This document shows positions 36,861-49,529 of a DNA stretch of 64,000 nucleotides, one piece after another (positions within the stretch are counted from its first letter, which is position 1; each line of letters opens with the position of its first letter). The position numbers and the translations under genes were made by a program. Source of the DNA: Octopus bimaculoides (lineage: Eukaryota); NCBI RefSeq assembly GCF_001194135.2, contig NC_068986.1, positions 89,871,824 through 89,935,823 of the forward strand. The letters run 5' to 3'. The notes beneath the pieces are model-generated. The model was not told the origin of the DNA and did no database searches. It was given only the letters and a program-made list of their open reading frames with translations.

Positions 36861-39446
36861 ACCACCATTTTGGATCCTCGTGTGTGTGTGTCCGAAGACG
36901 AAGCGATATTCAGTTTGTTAAATTCAGGCTTGCTGTGTTCCTGTTTTGTTGTAATAGCACGGTTTTCGTTTAAGTATTTATCGCTGCCACCATGTTATGT
37001 TTTCTTTTGGTTCGTGTTGGGACAATAAACAAATCATTGAAGGCGTTATTATGATTCTACGTGTTTATTTATTTGACATGTTTACAAACTGTATATGTAT
37101 AGCGAAGTGATACACACTGTGCGTATTGGTTTTATTCACAGTTCATACTGTTCACTAGATGCGCTTAACAAAATAGTACTCATAGTGGGGATGTATTCAT
37201 ATATACATATGCCTACGCATACACATAGATATGAACATATAACAAGAGTGATTGATTCGGTGCCTGATGAGTTTGATAAAACGAGGATGATGAAAAGATG
37301 AAAGACTGGCAGGTTGAGAATGCTTGTGCTCGGGCTTGTCACCAGCGCTGGATTAACCATTTAGCAAAATAAGCAAGTGCTTAAGGCATCATGGGAAAAG
37401 GGCACCACAGAAATGACAAAAGAAACCACTTTAAACTAGTTAAAATAATATTCAGGGTGCCTTATCTCTACAAAGTATAGAAGCAAATATGTTACGTAAG
37501 GATCCCATCAAAGACTTTGCAATCTAAAAAAAAGTAGGAGAAAACTTTTCAAATATAAATAAAGTGGAAATACAAAAATAAACGTTATTTTCCATCTTAT
37601 TGTTAGTTTTGTTTCATTTTCAAGAAAAAAAANNNNNNNNNNNNNNNNNNNNNNNNNNNNNNNNNNNNNNNNNNNNNNNNNNNNNNNNNNNNNNNNNNNN
37701 NNNNNNNNNNNNNNNNNNNNNNNNNNNNNNNNNNNNNNNNNNNNNNNNNNNNNNNNNNNNNNNNNNNNNNNNNNNNNNNNNNNNNNNNNNNNNNNNNNNN
37801 NNNNNNNNNNNNNNNNNNNNNNNNNNNNNNNNNNNNNNNNNNNNNNNNNNNNNNNNNNNNNNNNNNNNNNNNNNNNNNNNNNNNNNNNNNNNNNNNNNNN
37901 NNNNNNNNNNNNNNNNNNNNNNNNNNNNNNNNNNNNNNNNNNNNNNNNNNNNNNNNNNNNNNNNNNNNNNNNNNNNNNNNNNNNNNNNNNNNNNNNNNNN
38001 NNNNNNNNNNNNNNNNNNNNNNNNNNNNNNNNNNNNNNNNNNNNNNNNNNNNNNNNNNNNNNNNNNNNNNNNNNNNNNNNNNNNNNNNNNNNNNNNNNNN
38101 NNNNNNNNNNNNNNNNNNNNNNNNNNNNNNNNNNNNNNNNNNNNNNNNNNNNNNNNNNNNNNNNNNNNNNNNNNNNNNNNNNNNNNNNNNNNNNNNNNNN
38201 NNNNNNNNNNNNNNNNNNNNNNNNNNNNNNNNNNNNNNNNNNNNNNNNNNNNNNNNNNNNNNNNNNNNNNNNNNNNNNNNNNNNNNNNNNNNNNNNNNNN
38301 NNNNNNNNNNNNNNNNNNNNNNNNNNNNNNNNNNNNNNNNNNNNNNNNNNNNNNNNNNNNNNNNNNNNNNNNNNNNNNNNNNNNNNNNNNNNNNNNNNNN
38401 NNNNNNNNNNNNNNNNNNNNNNNNNNNNNNNNNNNNNNNNNNNNNNNNNNNNNNNNNNNNNNNNNNNNNNNNNNNNNNNNNNNNNNNNNNNNNNNNNNNN
38501 NNNNNNNNNNNNNNNNNNNNNNNNNNNNNNNNNNNNNNNNNNNNACAAATTTAATTTGCGGTCCATGGGAAGAGCCGTTTTAACGATGCGTCCTGCCCAG
38601 CTCTTCGAAACGCCGGTGTTAAAACGGAGGTAGCTGATGAAGTAGAATGTTCTCTATGTGGCTTGTGTGTTTTCTCGTCTACGTTTTGTTTGCAATGTCC
38701 TGTACCCAGATATGCACCTATACATACAGGTGGATGTCGATATGCACATACCTGTACGTATATATGCATATACTCATTTACTATTTGTTTTTATATATAT
38801 ATATATATACATATATATATACATATAAACATTATCAACCAAACATAATTAACGTACACGCAACACGTACTTGCCGGTGGGCTGCGATTTACGTGTTTGA
38901 GATTATTGTCTCAAAGCTCCAAGTGCTAAAACACCTGAAAGTCATGGACAAGCGAGACAACTCACCCCAAATCCCATTCTGGAGTGGACATTGACGTTTC
39001 GCAATCTTTACAGCTTATCAACATCACGTACTCGAACCGAATCGGAATCCTTCCTAATGTTATTTAAATTCACACAGAAAACATTTTTATCGTTGTATTT
39101 TATGGAAAGTGGGTTTACGCTTTTTTGTTCCGTAGCTCTATTCCCTACAACTTTTATCATTTTTGAAATTTGAATATATTTTACCCTTTTTCAGACAATG
39201 GAGTGATAAGTAGATGAAAAAAAAAAGCGAACATATTTATCTGACATCCCAATATATGTTATGTATTAAATCTTTTTAAAAGCTGGTGCTGTTTAGTAAA
39301 CATATCGCCTTAATTCAGTGAGTCAGAAGTCAGAAACGGCTGAAAATAGCTGCTGATGCTGTTTAGCCACAGGCAATAATCTAGCATATCTATGACCCTT
39401 GCATCATTTTTTTTTTTCTTTTTTCTAAGCCATAATGTAACCCAAA

Positions 39447-39809
39447 TGGAGGCGCAATGGCCCATTGGTTAGGGTCATAAGATTCCCAGACCGGGCGTTG
39501 TAAGTGTTTATTGAGCGAAAAGACCTAAAAGCTCCACGAGGCTCCGGCAGGGGATGGTGACGAATCCTGCTGTACTCTTCCACCACAACTTTCTCTCACT
39601 CTTACTTCCTGTTTCTGTTGTGCCTGTAATTCAAAGGGTCAGCCTTGTCACACTCTGTGTCACGCTGAATATCCCCGAGAACTACGTTAAGGGTACACGT
39701 GTCTGTGGAGTGCTCAGCCACTTGCACGTCAATTTCACGAGCAGGCTGTTCCGTTGATCGGATCAACTGGAACCCTCGACGTCGTAAGCGACGGAGTGCC
39801 AACAACAAC
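39447..39809 (+). mobile_element. Same tRNA-Arg-like SINE family, with two deletions in the tRNA head
   Basis: Body about 90% identical to 55361-55757; (CAA)n tail; 13-bp TSD AATGTAACCCAAA (39434-46, 39810-22). Confidence 0.9.
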
Positions 39810-40736
39810 AATGTAACCCAAAATACAATATTCACCGTGACCTTCCTTTTTTTTTCTTTCATGAAAACGAAGGAGATTTAGCTACCATTTCTAACAGATC
39901 GATTGATCACTTAGAGACCCCACCACCACCACCACCACCGTCATTGGTCCTTCTTTGTGTGATGAAATGCTGTTGTTGATTTCCTTATTGTCGCCGTTGT
40001 TATTTATCCTCCAGATCAGCAGTGGGAGCGAGACTAAGTAAATCTATGATCAAAAACGCTCCAGTTACGACTGACCCATCATTTTGTACATCTATATCTA
40101 CATTCAAATAGGTCCTTTTATTTCTAAAACAGCAGGGTGAGAACCAATGAGATTTGGCTGTTATTTCTTGCAGGTCGAACGACCACATAGAGGTTTCCTC
40201 ATTGGTTGTTTAGTGTTGTGTGGTTTGGATGATGTGCTATGATATTGTATAATGCACAATGGTGGTTTATCTTTTAATTGTTTCAGTTTTTAGACTACGA
40301 CCATGCTGGGGCACCGCTCTGAAGAATTTCACCACCACCACCCCGCTTCCCTTGATGCAGAAAGCAATGCTTATTTTTCTAAATTGTTAATCCAACGCTG
40401 GATGTGTTGCATTGTATAGTGTTGCGCGTTGCATTGTCGTGCTGCTGCATAGTATTGTGTGGTGTGCCGTATGAAGTTGTGGAACGTAATTTAATGAAGT
40501 GTAGCGTGATGTGATGCGAGGAGGCGTTGTGCGGAGTGCGGGATGCTGCAATGTGATGTGGTGCATTGCTGTGCGGTTTTGTGTGGTGAATCATTTGGAC
40601 ATTTAGTGTTGTGTAGAATCAATAAAATAAATACCAATAGTCAGATCATTCCGTAAAACAAGATTTTTTTTTCTATAAAATTACAATTATGAATCAGTAT
40701 ATTATAGATTTTTCAGATTTACTCATTTACATATTA

Positions 40737-41294
40737 CGTCATATTTACATAGTCCATCAGATATATTACGGAGTCAAATTTGAATATTACGTAACAGTTA
40801 TGTATGACGTCATATTTATGTATATGTTGATAATTTAATATTTCACCATATTTAGAAAGCCTGTCATATTTGCAAATGACGTCATAAATTTGAATATTAC
40901 GTCATATACACATCGTCTGTCACATTCACGTATGATGTCATATTTTAATATTACGTCATATTTACAGAACCCGTCATATTTACGTATGACGTCAAATTTA
41001 AATATTACATCATATTTAAATAGTCCATCACATTCCCGTGTGACATCATGTTCAGATATTAAGTAATGCATAGTCCGTCATATTTCCGTATGACGTCATG
41101 CTTGAATATGACGTCATACATAGCCTGTCATATTTATGTACAACGTCAGATTTGAATCTTCCATCATATTTACATATTCCGCCATATTTATGTAAGATGA
41201 CATATTTGAATATTACGTCATCATTACGGACTGCGTCATATTTACAGATGAAATCATAATTACGTATAACGTTATATTTGAACAATGCGTCATT
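40737..41294. repeat. Degenerate minisatellite, 54-bp unit of three 18-bp subunits, rich in TGACGTCA/TTACGTCA
   Basis: Consensus gtcatatttacatagtcc-gtcatatttacgtatgac-gtcatatttgaatattac, about 10 units. Confidence 0.85.
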
Positions 41295-41476
41295 TCTCAA
41301 TTGTATTTTGCATCTTATTTGCTTCAACACAGCAAAAATACTCTTATTTCTGACAACGAAACTGTGAAAGTAGAATTCAAATCTATAAAGAAGTATTGCG
41401 TTAGTGTCCGCTTAGTTGAAATGTCGTCGCCGTATTCGTCGGTGGTGCTGCAACTACTGTTGTTATTGTTGTTGTT

Positions 41477-41509
<33 letters not shown>

Positions 41510-41599
41510 CAGTTGATTCAGTGCAGGCCTGGTAAAGTAGACCTGCTGAGTCAACTGCAGTAGTCGACCAAATGACCAGGTACAACCCATAGATCTATT

Positions 41600-41653
<54 letters not shown>

Positions 41654-43889
41654 CACGCACACGTATACATATATATACATAAATATATATGTATACATAT
41701 ATATATTTATAAATACATACATATAAACATATATATATAGAGAGAGAGAGGGGGGAGGGAGGAGAGAGAGAGNNNNNNNNNNNNNNNNNNNNNNNNNNNN
41801 NNNNNNNNNNNNNNNNNNNNNNNNNNNNNNNNNNNNNNNNNNNNNNNNNNNNNNNNNNNNNNNNNNNNNNNNNNNNNNNNNNNNNNNNNNNNNNNNNNNN
41901 NNNNNNNNNNNNNNNNNNNNNNNNNNNNNNNNNNNNNNNNNNNNNNNNNNNNNNNNNNNNNNNNNNNNNNNNNNNNNNNNNNNNNNNNNNNNNNNNNNNN
42001 NNNNNNNNNNNNNNNNNNNNNNNNNNNNNNNNNNNNNNNNNNNNNNNNNNNNNNNNNNNNNNNNNNNNNNNNNNNNNTATGTATGTATGTATGTATGTAT
42101 GTATATAAATATATATATGTGTGTGGGTGTGTGTGTGTGTATGTATATATATGCACTGTCTTCAATGAATTGGCAGTTGTTAGAAACGCCCGATATAATG
42201 CCTATTCATTCCTCCTCTCCGCACTCTGAGGTCGAATAGCGCAAACGTCATTTTTTTTTTAATACTCCTTTCATCCATGCAGGGCTCGTCGTTAAATAAA
42301 GAACACACTTCAATGTAGTAGATTGGCAGAATTACCAGAATGCTCTTGGTTCAAATTTCATCAAGAGATACAAATCCTATCGCTAACCATTTCCTTACTC
42401 CTCACAAAGAGAGATAGCAAGATGGTTCTTACTCTGACGTCTCTCTGCAATGAGACAGGTCTCCTGTCTTCTCAACACAGAAGACCAAACATTGCAGCGA
42501 TTAAGGACACAAGTCTTTTCCCACACTAACGAAACTTACTGAGGAATGACTCCATAATCTTAGAAAGCTGAGAAATAATGGTACTGCCAACGATAACCAT
42601 GTCTCCTTCGAGATGAAGATCATACTGTACGACTCCGATATGCTGTAGTTAATCATATGTAATATCATATGAGTCTAGACGTGTTGTAATATATACACTG
42701 CTTAGTCTGTTTCTATATAACGCTTGCCGTCGTTGTCGCTGCCACCTTAAACAAATGAGATCACCTTCAACAAAGTAGTTCCTCGGGATGATCACGATTG
42801 GAAAAACATTTGAGCATAAGTCTGCTCCATCAGAACTTTAGATGTTATATGTTGTGGTGTCATCTAACGAGACTCTCAGAAGTCTGTTATGTTATTGTGG
42901 TGGTAGGAACCCGGTAAAGAATATATAAAACACAAGGTGGTAACTTTAACACGTTTATTGAGGTCACACGCACATACACAATGGAATTATGAATAGAATG
43001 GTAGATGGACTTTCATAGGAAGCTCACTAGAGTTCGCTACAGGACTAATTTGAGGTAAAACAAAAACAACCGGCATCCAAACAAGCCACTATATTGTCGC
43101 TCGGCTTGTCAGAAATAACAATCAAATCTTCCTCAAATCACACTCTCATATATAAAAACATGGGGTGATTGCGGCTCGAAAGCCTGTAATCATACGCCTA
43201 CTCGATATGGGCTGATTTGGGATTGAACAGCAACATCAGACATATAAATGATCCTCTAATTACCATTAATCATTAGAGACTGTGAGGACTGGAATTAACT
43301 CCAGCAACAACCTGTACCACTTACGTCTTGGTTGTCTTTCATTTTTTGTATATTCCTTTCATTGTGTATGTAGTTGGTCCGTAGACGTACAATCTTTGTT
43401 GATCTAAAATGTACTGTTTTGTGTTTCTTTGTAGCTTATTTTGGACTGTTGCAGATAGATTGATGGCCCAAGCAGCGCTGATATAATCTATGATTGATAT
43501 AATATATCGGTTGAACATTAATGCAGTTGGTTAGCCTGCTTTTTAAATAGTTTGGTTTCTTTTTTTAGACGAACCTATTATATTTTTGTCATATTCAGTG
43601 ATAACCATACCATCGGAATGTGTGGCATTCCGATTAGACATTTTAAAGTTGTTGTTTAACCCCCACATCAACCCTAAACAAGCTTAAAGGAATTCCAGCT
43701 AGTTATTTATTCTTCGTTTTTGCAAAAAATAGAGAATGGTAGACATGTTTTACAAAGCCCCATAATAATTTTAAGAGCACTGATTACTTTGAAAAATGTT
43801 TTTAAGGCTCATCTACACCTAGCCACAGCCCAGATCGTCTATTTTTGACAAACGACATCCATTTATCATCACAAGTAATGATACAGGGC

Positions 43890-44075
43890 ATAAAGATATA
43901 TTTTTTACTGCGGATTAGCAGCATTAAACACCACTAGTTGCTGCAATTTTTGATGTTCAATCAATTCGTACGGAATCCATTTATCCAACTGTATCACTTT
44001 TCTTATGGGATAAAAATGGCAGGAACATTTTGCCAGACCCTCTGTCAATTCCGCCAACAACAATGCCTTAGATTG
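43890..44075 (-). mobile_element. Mariner transposase fragment (HTH-to-catalytic linker)
   Basis: IRKVIQLDKWIPYELIEHQKLQ matches the mariner 'GKVxKLDKWVPHELSExQK' motif. Confidence 0.75.
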
Positions 44076-45090
44076 GTATTTTTTATTAGTCACTAGAAGA
44101 TGAAAGGCAAAGTTGAAAACGGTGGAATTTGAACTCAGAGTGCAGAAATTAGGGACCAATTCCTGCGAGGTTATTTTATCCGGTGTTCTAATGACTAGCA
44201 AAAACTGAGTGACCCACATGCAAAACGGCAGATATGAAAGGGAACTCAGGACTGACAACTCTGAACAAAACAAGGCATAGCAAAAAGGCGTAGTACAAAG
44301 GCGTACAGAGAGCATTTCCTAAATTGGACATGTCTACCTTGTACTCTGATTTCCTGCTTATTCCATAGCAGTATGATTTGACCGGGAGTCAGTTCTATAT
44401 CCTTGCTACACATCTATCACTCAGAGAAGACAGCCACTATGTTAATGAGCCAACTCTGGCGCTTCTATGTGGTGCTTCGACCTATTGGAAATAGCAGCCA
44501 AATGTTACCCAATTTACACAGTCATTTATTTTGACATTTAGTTAGTAGGAAAAGTTGTACCGAAGAGCCTTTGGAAGTTGACCGAGACTGGTTGATGGAA
44601 AATAAGAAGATAACTTCAAACCGAAGACCTTGTCCAAATGCTTGCAACAAAGTGGAATCTACTAAAAGCATCCAAAGACCAAGTAGTGATATTAAACTGG
44701 TTGACGGATTAAAGCTACGACCCACAAGTACCGCTAGGACTACAAACGCTCTCTGGTGATTTCGGTGACAACTACAGTACGTATTTATCATAGTATTTTC
44801 GACGAATACAAGGATAGTTTCCTATCTTCCTTCGAGTATTTTTAACAAGACACCATTTTGTTGACAATGTACAGATACATTGGCTACACCTACTTGAGCA
44901 CTTATAACATAAAGAGCTGAAATTAAATACCACAGAGCATTTTCTCCAACGCTCGAACATCATCATTCTCATATTCATCTGTTGAGCCCCTTTGTATCCT
45001 TAGATTGCTCCCATTTAATAAGGACATAAATACCTTTGAGTCTGATGCCATTTTTTGGAGGAAGGGTTATTAATGTAAGAGAAAACGAAA

Positions 45091-45319
45091 CTCTTACTCT
45101 TTACAGTCATTTGACTGTGGTCATGCTGGAGCACCGCCTTTAGTCGAGCAAATCGACCCCAGGACTTATCCTTTGTAATCCTAGTACTTATTCGATCGGT
45201 CTCTTTAGCCGAACCGCTAGGTTAAGGGGACGTAAACACTCCAGCATCGGTTGTCAAGCGATGTTGGGGGGACAAACACAGACACACAAACATATACACA
45301 CATACATATATATATATAG

Positions 45320-45369
<50 letters not shown>

Positions 45370-45532
45370 GACGGGCTTCTTTCAGTTTCCGTCTACCAAA
45401 TCCACTCACAAGGCTTTGGTCGGCCCGAGGCTACAGTAGAAGACACTTGCCCAAGGTGACACGCAGTGGGACTGAACCCGGCACCATGTGGTTTGTAAGC
45501 AAGCTACTTACCACACAGCCACTCCTGCGCCT
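45091..45532 (-). mobile_element. SINE family B, full-length gap-free copy (tRNA-like head, internal TA/TG microsatellite, AAAAGAGT-type tail)
   Basis: GGCGCAGGAGTGGCTGTGTGGTAAGTAGCTTGC...GGGTTCAGTCCC...CCTTGGGCAAGTGTCTTCTAC...(TA)n(TG)n...AACCTAGCGGTTCGGC...ATGACTGTAAAGAGTAAGAG. Confidence 0.9.
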
Positions 45533-46374
45533 ACGATACTATTCAAGAAAACAATAACAGGCAGAACAAACGGGAATTGATCCAGCGAATATGAGAACAA
45601 TGAAAATAAGACAAAAATCAATCCTTAACAACTGCGTTCAGCGCTATTGGCGTAGGCTAGGGCTAAGCAGTACTATCCCAAATGCCGAAACTGCAAATTC
45701 CTTAGACTAGACAGCTGATGAAACGATAATTCCCCGGTTGTTCCGTATTATATTTTCGTTATATTTTCCTGTTTATATGGCGATGCATACAGCGCTCCCA
45801 ACCACCGCCACCAGTTGGGTCTGGGCTCGTAAGATCGGAGCTTAACCTGGTTTCCAAAGTGTATAAGTGATTGAGATTGCAGCACTTCCCCTGAACGTAA
45901 CGTCAGTCCATCCCAGTTGTTAACTTCCCAACTATTGCTAGGAACTCATTTATATCTGAGTGGACTGGAGCAATGTAAAATGAAGTGATTTTCTCAAGAA
46001 CACACTAATCATTAGTGCACCACACTAATCACTAGACTACATGCCTTCATCTACTCCTAACCCCACCACACACTATTCTTTTTTTTATTTAACTTGTCTA
46101 TCTGGAAGCAGTTTCTTTGCCATAATGGTAAGCTGGGTGAGGTTTTGAATTCTGAATGTTCAGAGCCAGAACAAATACCATAAGACATCCTGTTTGACAA
46201 TCAAACAATTTTGCCATCAGCTAGTTCTTTATTTATCAATCTCAAAATATGAAAGACAAAATTGACCTCTGAATGTAGAGAATTTGGAACAAATACCAAT
46301 AAAACATAAACCAACACCTAGCGTTTCTGCCAGTCTACCATCATGGACTGGTACTTCCTCCCAGAATGATGAAA

Positions 46375-48130
46375 TACTAAGCTGACCTTCATAGGATTTG
46401 AACTCAGAATATAAAGACCCAAACAAAAACTTCAAGCTATTTTTATCCAATATTCTAACAATTCTGCCAATTTACTGCCTGACTGTCTTTCAAAAAGGGA
46501 ACACTGCATTGGACAATGTAGATTTATCTGACAGAAAAGGCTGGATGGTCAGGACTGGAATGCCTTTAATCAGAGATCAGCTGGATTATGCTGACTTCAA
46601 GCTTAATAATGTGTTTAATCTAAAAGCAAACATTACAATACTCAATTCACAATACTGAATTAATAAATATACTCAAGCCAATGAGGGAGCTTCTAGAAAC
46701 CACATCACATGCTAGAAATAGTAGTTAAATATTCCTCATAGCACAATCTGGCATCTTAAAAAAAAAGATACACTAGATAATGTAATTCTGAAAATAAGAC
46801 GAGATGGCCATGCATGGAAAGCCTTTGGATACAGTGCTGTTTGAACAGAGCTGCCCTAGGGCTAAATAACAAAAGCAACAACAACACCAACAAAGGAAAT
46901 TAAATATTTCCAATTATGATACAAATTTAATTTGAACTTGAATTTATGTTTTATTTTATTTTATATTTTGTTTTAATTGAATGTAATATCCTGAGGAGGA
47001 TGGATATGGCCCATGGCCTTTTCAGAGCCTTGTGAGACAGAATAGAAATAACAGCAGTTTGTGTTTTGAAATTTTGAGGATCTGTGATTAGAATGGGTAA
47101 AAGCCATGATTAGGGATGGAATGTCAGGGGTTTACAAAGTTCAGTTTCATTTTCCTTTTTGGCTTTTTTTTTGTCTATTTTTTTAGCTATTTCATATTAT
47201 TTTGTCTTTCATGTGACATGCATGTTTGTGGGTGGGTGGTTGTGTATGTTATTTTTCAATTTGGAATCTGAAAAATATCTGAGTGGAATATGATCCATGA
47301 CAAAACAAGGATATCTAACATTGGGAATTCCATCCAACCTGCAACTGACCAGTGTGGACAGATAGCTCTACAACCAGTGTAAATAAGCTGGTATAATGGT
47401 GTGCTGAGGCTTTCATCCACTTGTGGATTGACAACGACTGAGTGGAATATGTGGAGTAGAGTCACAAGTAAAGTGTAGCACTCATGATTCTTTACAGAAC
47501 TTCTGAGATTAGTGGATGGGTGGGATGGATTAGGGTATCCTCCAACTAGAGATTAAACCTGGATTTTTAATCTTCACATTAGAAGCAAGATGTGTAATAT
47601 TAATTCAATCAATCCCAACCTCAGTACTTCACTGATACTTTATTTTATCAACCCCCAAAAGGGATAAAAGGCACAGCTGACCTTCATAGGATTTGAACTC
47701 AGAATATAAAGACACAGACAAATACTCCAAGGTATTTTTGTCCAATATTCTAATAATTCTGCCAGTTTACTGCTTGACTGTCTTTACAAAAGGGAAGGCC
47801 GCTTTGGACAATGTAGACTTATGTGACAGAAAAGGCTGGGTGGTGAGGGCTGAAACACCTTCATCAGAGATTAGCTGGATTACGCAGACCTCAGACTAAA
47901 CAGTGTGTTTAATCTGAGAACAAACATTACAATTTCACAATACTGAATTAATTAACATATTTAAATCAATGAGGGAGCTTCTATGAAATCACATGACATA
48001 CTAGAAATAGTAGCTAAATCTTCTTCATTGAACAGGAGGGATAAAAAGCACAGCTGACCCTCACAGGATTTGAACTCAGAATGAAAGAGAATTATAACTA
48101 AATGCCACCAAAGCATTTTATCCCTCACTC
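46375..48130 (+). repeat. Local duplication of a ~360-bp composite of old SINE pieces (46375-46740, 47675-48030, partial third copy at ~48050)
   Basis: AGCTGACCTTCATAGGATTTGAACTCAGAATATAAAGAC...GGACAATGTAGA...CAATGAGGGAGCTTCTA...CTAGAAATAGTAG in both copies, roughly 80% identical. Confidence 0.8.
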
Positions 48131-48865
48131 AAATCTTCTAACACTGGTTTAACCCATTAGCATTCAGATTACTCTGTATTATTTATTCACATTGTCTTGA
48201 ATTAATCAATGCATTATCTTGTGGCTTCAAGATTTTTCAATGATGAGGTTGTTTACTTTTACTATGACATTGTAGAGTAGGTGTGAGATATTGGATCTGA
48301 CCAGTTTGAACATAAAAAGAGGCAGATTATTTTGGCCAGATGTGGCCAGTTTAAATACTAAAGGGTTGATACCAACATTGGTAAATTGTAACTGACCACC
48401 CTCTGTCCTCCACCAGTCTCCATATTCTTTGGAAACAAAGAATATAGCACACTTGTTTATTTGTTCCCCAATAAACACTGCTGACCAATTCCAGTTAGTA
48501 GTTTCAAGCAGAGGTATTTTCTTCTATTGATCATCTGTAATAAGCTGATGGCAAACAGTGAACTCCACAAGTTGGACAACATCTTTTACAGTACTCCATT
48601 AAAACCCACCACTATTCAACCTCTCAAAAACATATTTTATTTTATTATATTTATTTATTTATTTCTTCTTTTTTTCTAACTGTTTCTTGAGGAAGGTATG
48701 GAGATGGAGCACAGTTAAATTTTGTCACCACTTTCTGAAATATACAAATATTAAGCTATATATATAAATAGACAGATACACACACATACATAGGTTTGGT
48801 GATGCAAACAGAAAAACAAAATTCCAAAGATGTAATTTATGTAAATATATATATATATATATATA

Positions 48866-49129
48866 TCATCATCATCATCATCATCATCGTTTAACGTCTG
48901 CTTTCCATGCTAGCATGGGTTGGACGATTTGACTGAGGACTGGTGAAACCAGATAGCTACACCAGGCTCCAATCTGATTTGGCAGAGTTTCTACAGCTGG
49001 ATGCCCTTCCTAACACCAACCACTCCGAGAGTGTAGTGGGTGCTTTTACGTGCCACCTTCACAGGAGCCGGTACGGCGGCACTGGCAACAATCTCGCTCG
49101 AATGCCTTTACACGTGCCACCAGCACAAG

Positions 49130-49134
<5 letters not shown>
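48866..49134 (-). mobile_element. RTE 3'-UTR-only insertion in a (TA)n tract
   Basis: Near-identical to 63424-63600 ((ATC)n-GTTTAACGTC...GGATGCCCTTCCTAAC); (TA)n on both sides. Confidence 0.85.
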
Positions 49135-49160
<26 letters not shown>

Positions 49161-49529
49161 CTTAAGACAATTTGGATTTGTTCATTTTTCAGTTCTTTAG
49201 TTTAATATAATCATCTTATATAAGACCGTACTGGACCACTACATTGAAAATTTAATTTCACTGTTAGAATAGATAATTTCAAAGTTGATAAATTTAGCAT
49301 TAGAATAAATCACTTTAAAATTGATAATTATAATGTTAGAATAGATAATTTTAATGTTGATAATTTTAAATTTAGGATAGATAATAATAATGCTGACAAT
49401 TTCAATGGAAAGAGCAAAAATAGCTCTTCCATGATGCAAGACAATGAAGAAAACATATATACTTACATTACGAGTCAATTTTTCATGCAATGGTCAGTCA
49501 CTGGTCTAAGAAATGCAGGGACTAAGTTA

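Larger units (their letters stand above)
35343..37244 (-). mobile_element. Internally deleted Ty3/Gypsy LTR retroelement (1.9 kb) with both LTRs
   Basis: LTRs 35343-35590 and 36993-37244 (TGTTA...TAACA, about 9% diverged by hand count). 5-bp TSD AGAGT at 35338-42 and 37245-49. PBS TGGTGGCAGCG next to the 5' LTR (complementary to a tRNA-Leu 3' end); PPT aagaaggga next to the 3' LTR. Confidence 0.9.

Noticed and set aside
37264-37290. CTGATGA-GTTT-GATA-AAAC hammerhead-like start
   Set aside because: Followed by GAGG, with no stem III, UH site or stem I partner.
37345-37420. Harbinger-like TIR (CAGCGCTGGATTAACCATTTAGC)
   Set aside because: Only one end is visible before a 900-nt gap; cannot be supported.
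42885-43045. Possible solo LTR (TGTTATG...CTACA)
   Set aside because: No matching TSD and no second copy in the window.
48227-48478. 83-aa minus-strand ORF downstream of ZFP64 as an alternative last exon
   Set aside because: No zinc-finger or other motif and no convincing acceptor; more likely 3' UTR or intergenic.
48933-48952. CTGAGGA-CTGG-TGAAA-CCAG in RTE 3' UTR copies
   Set aside because: The GAAA is in the hairpin loop rather than after the stem; wrong topology for a hammerhead.
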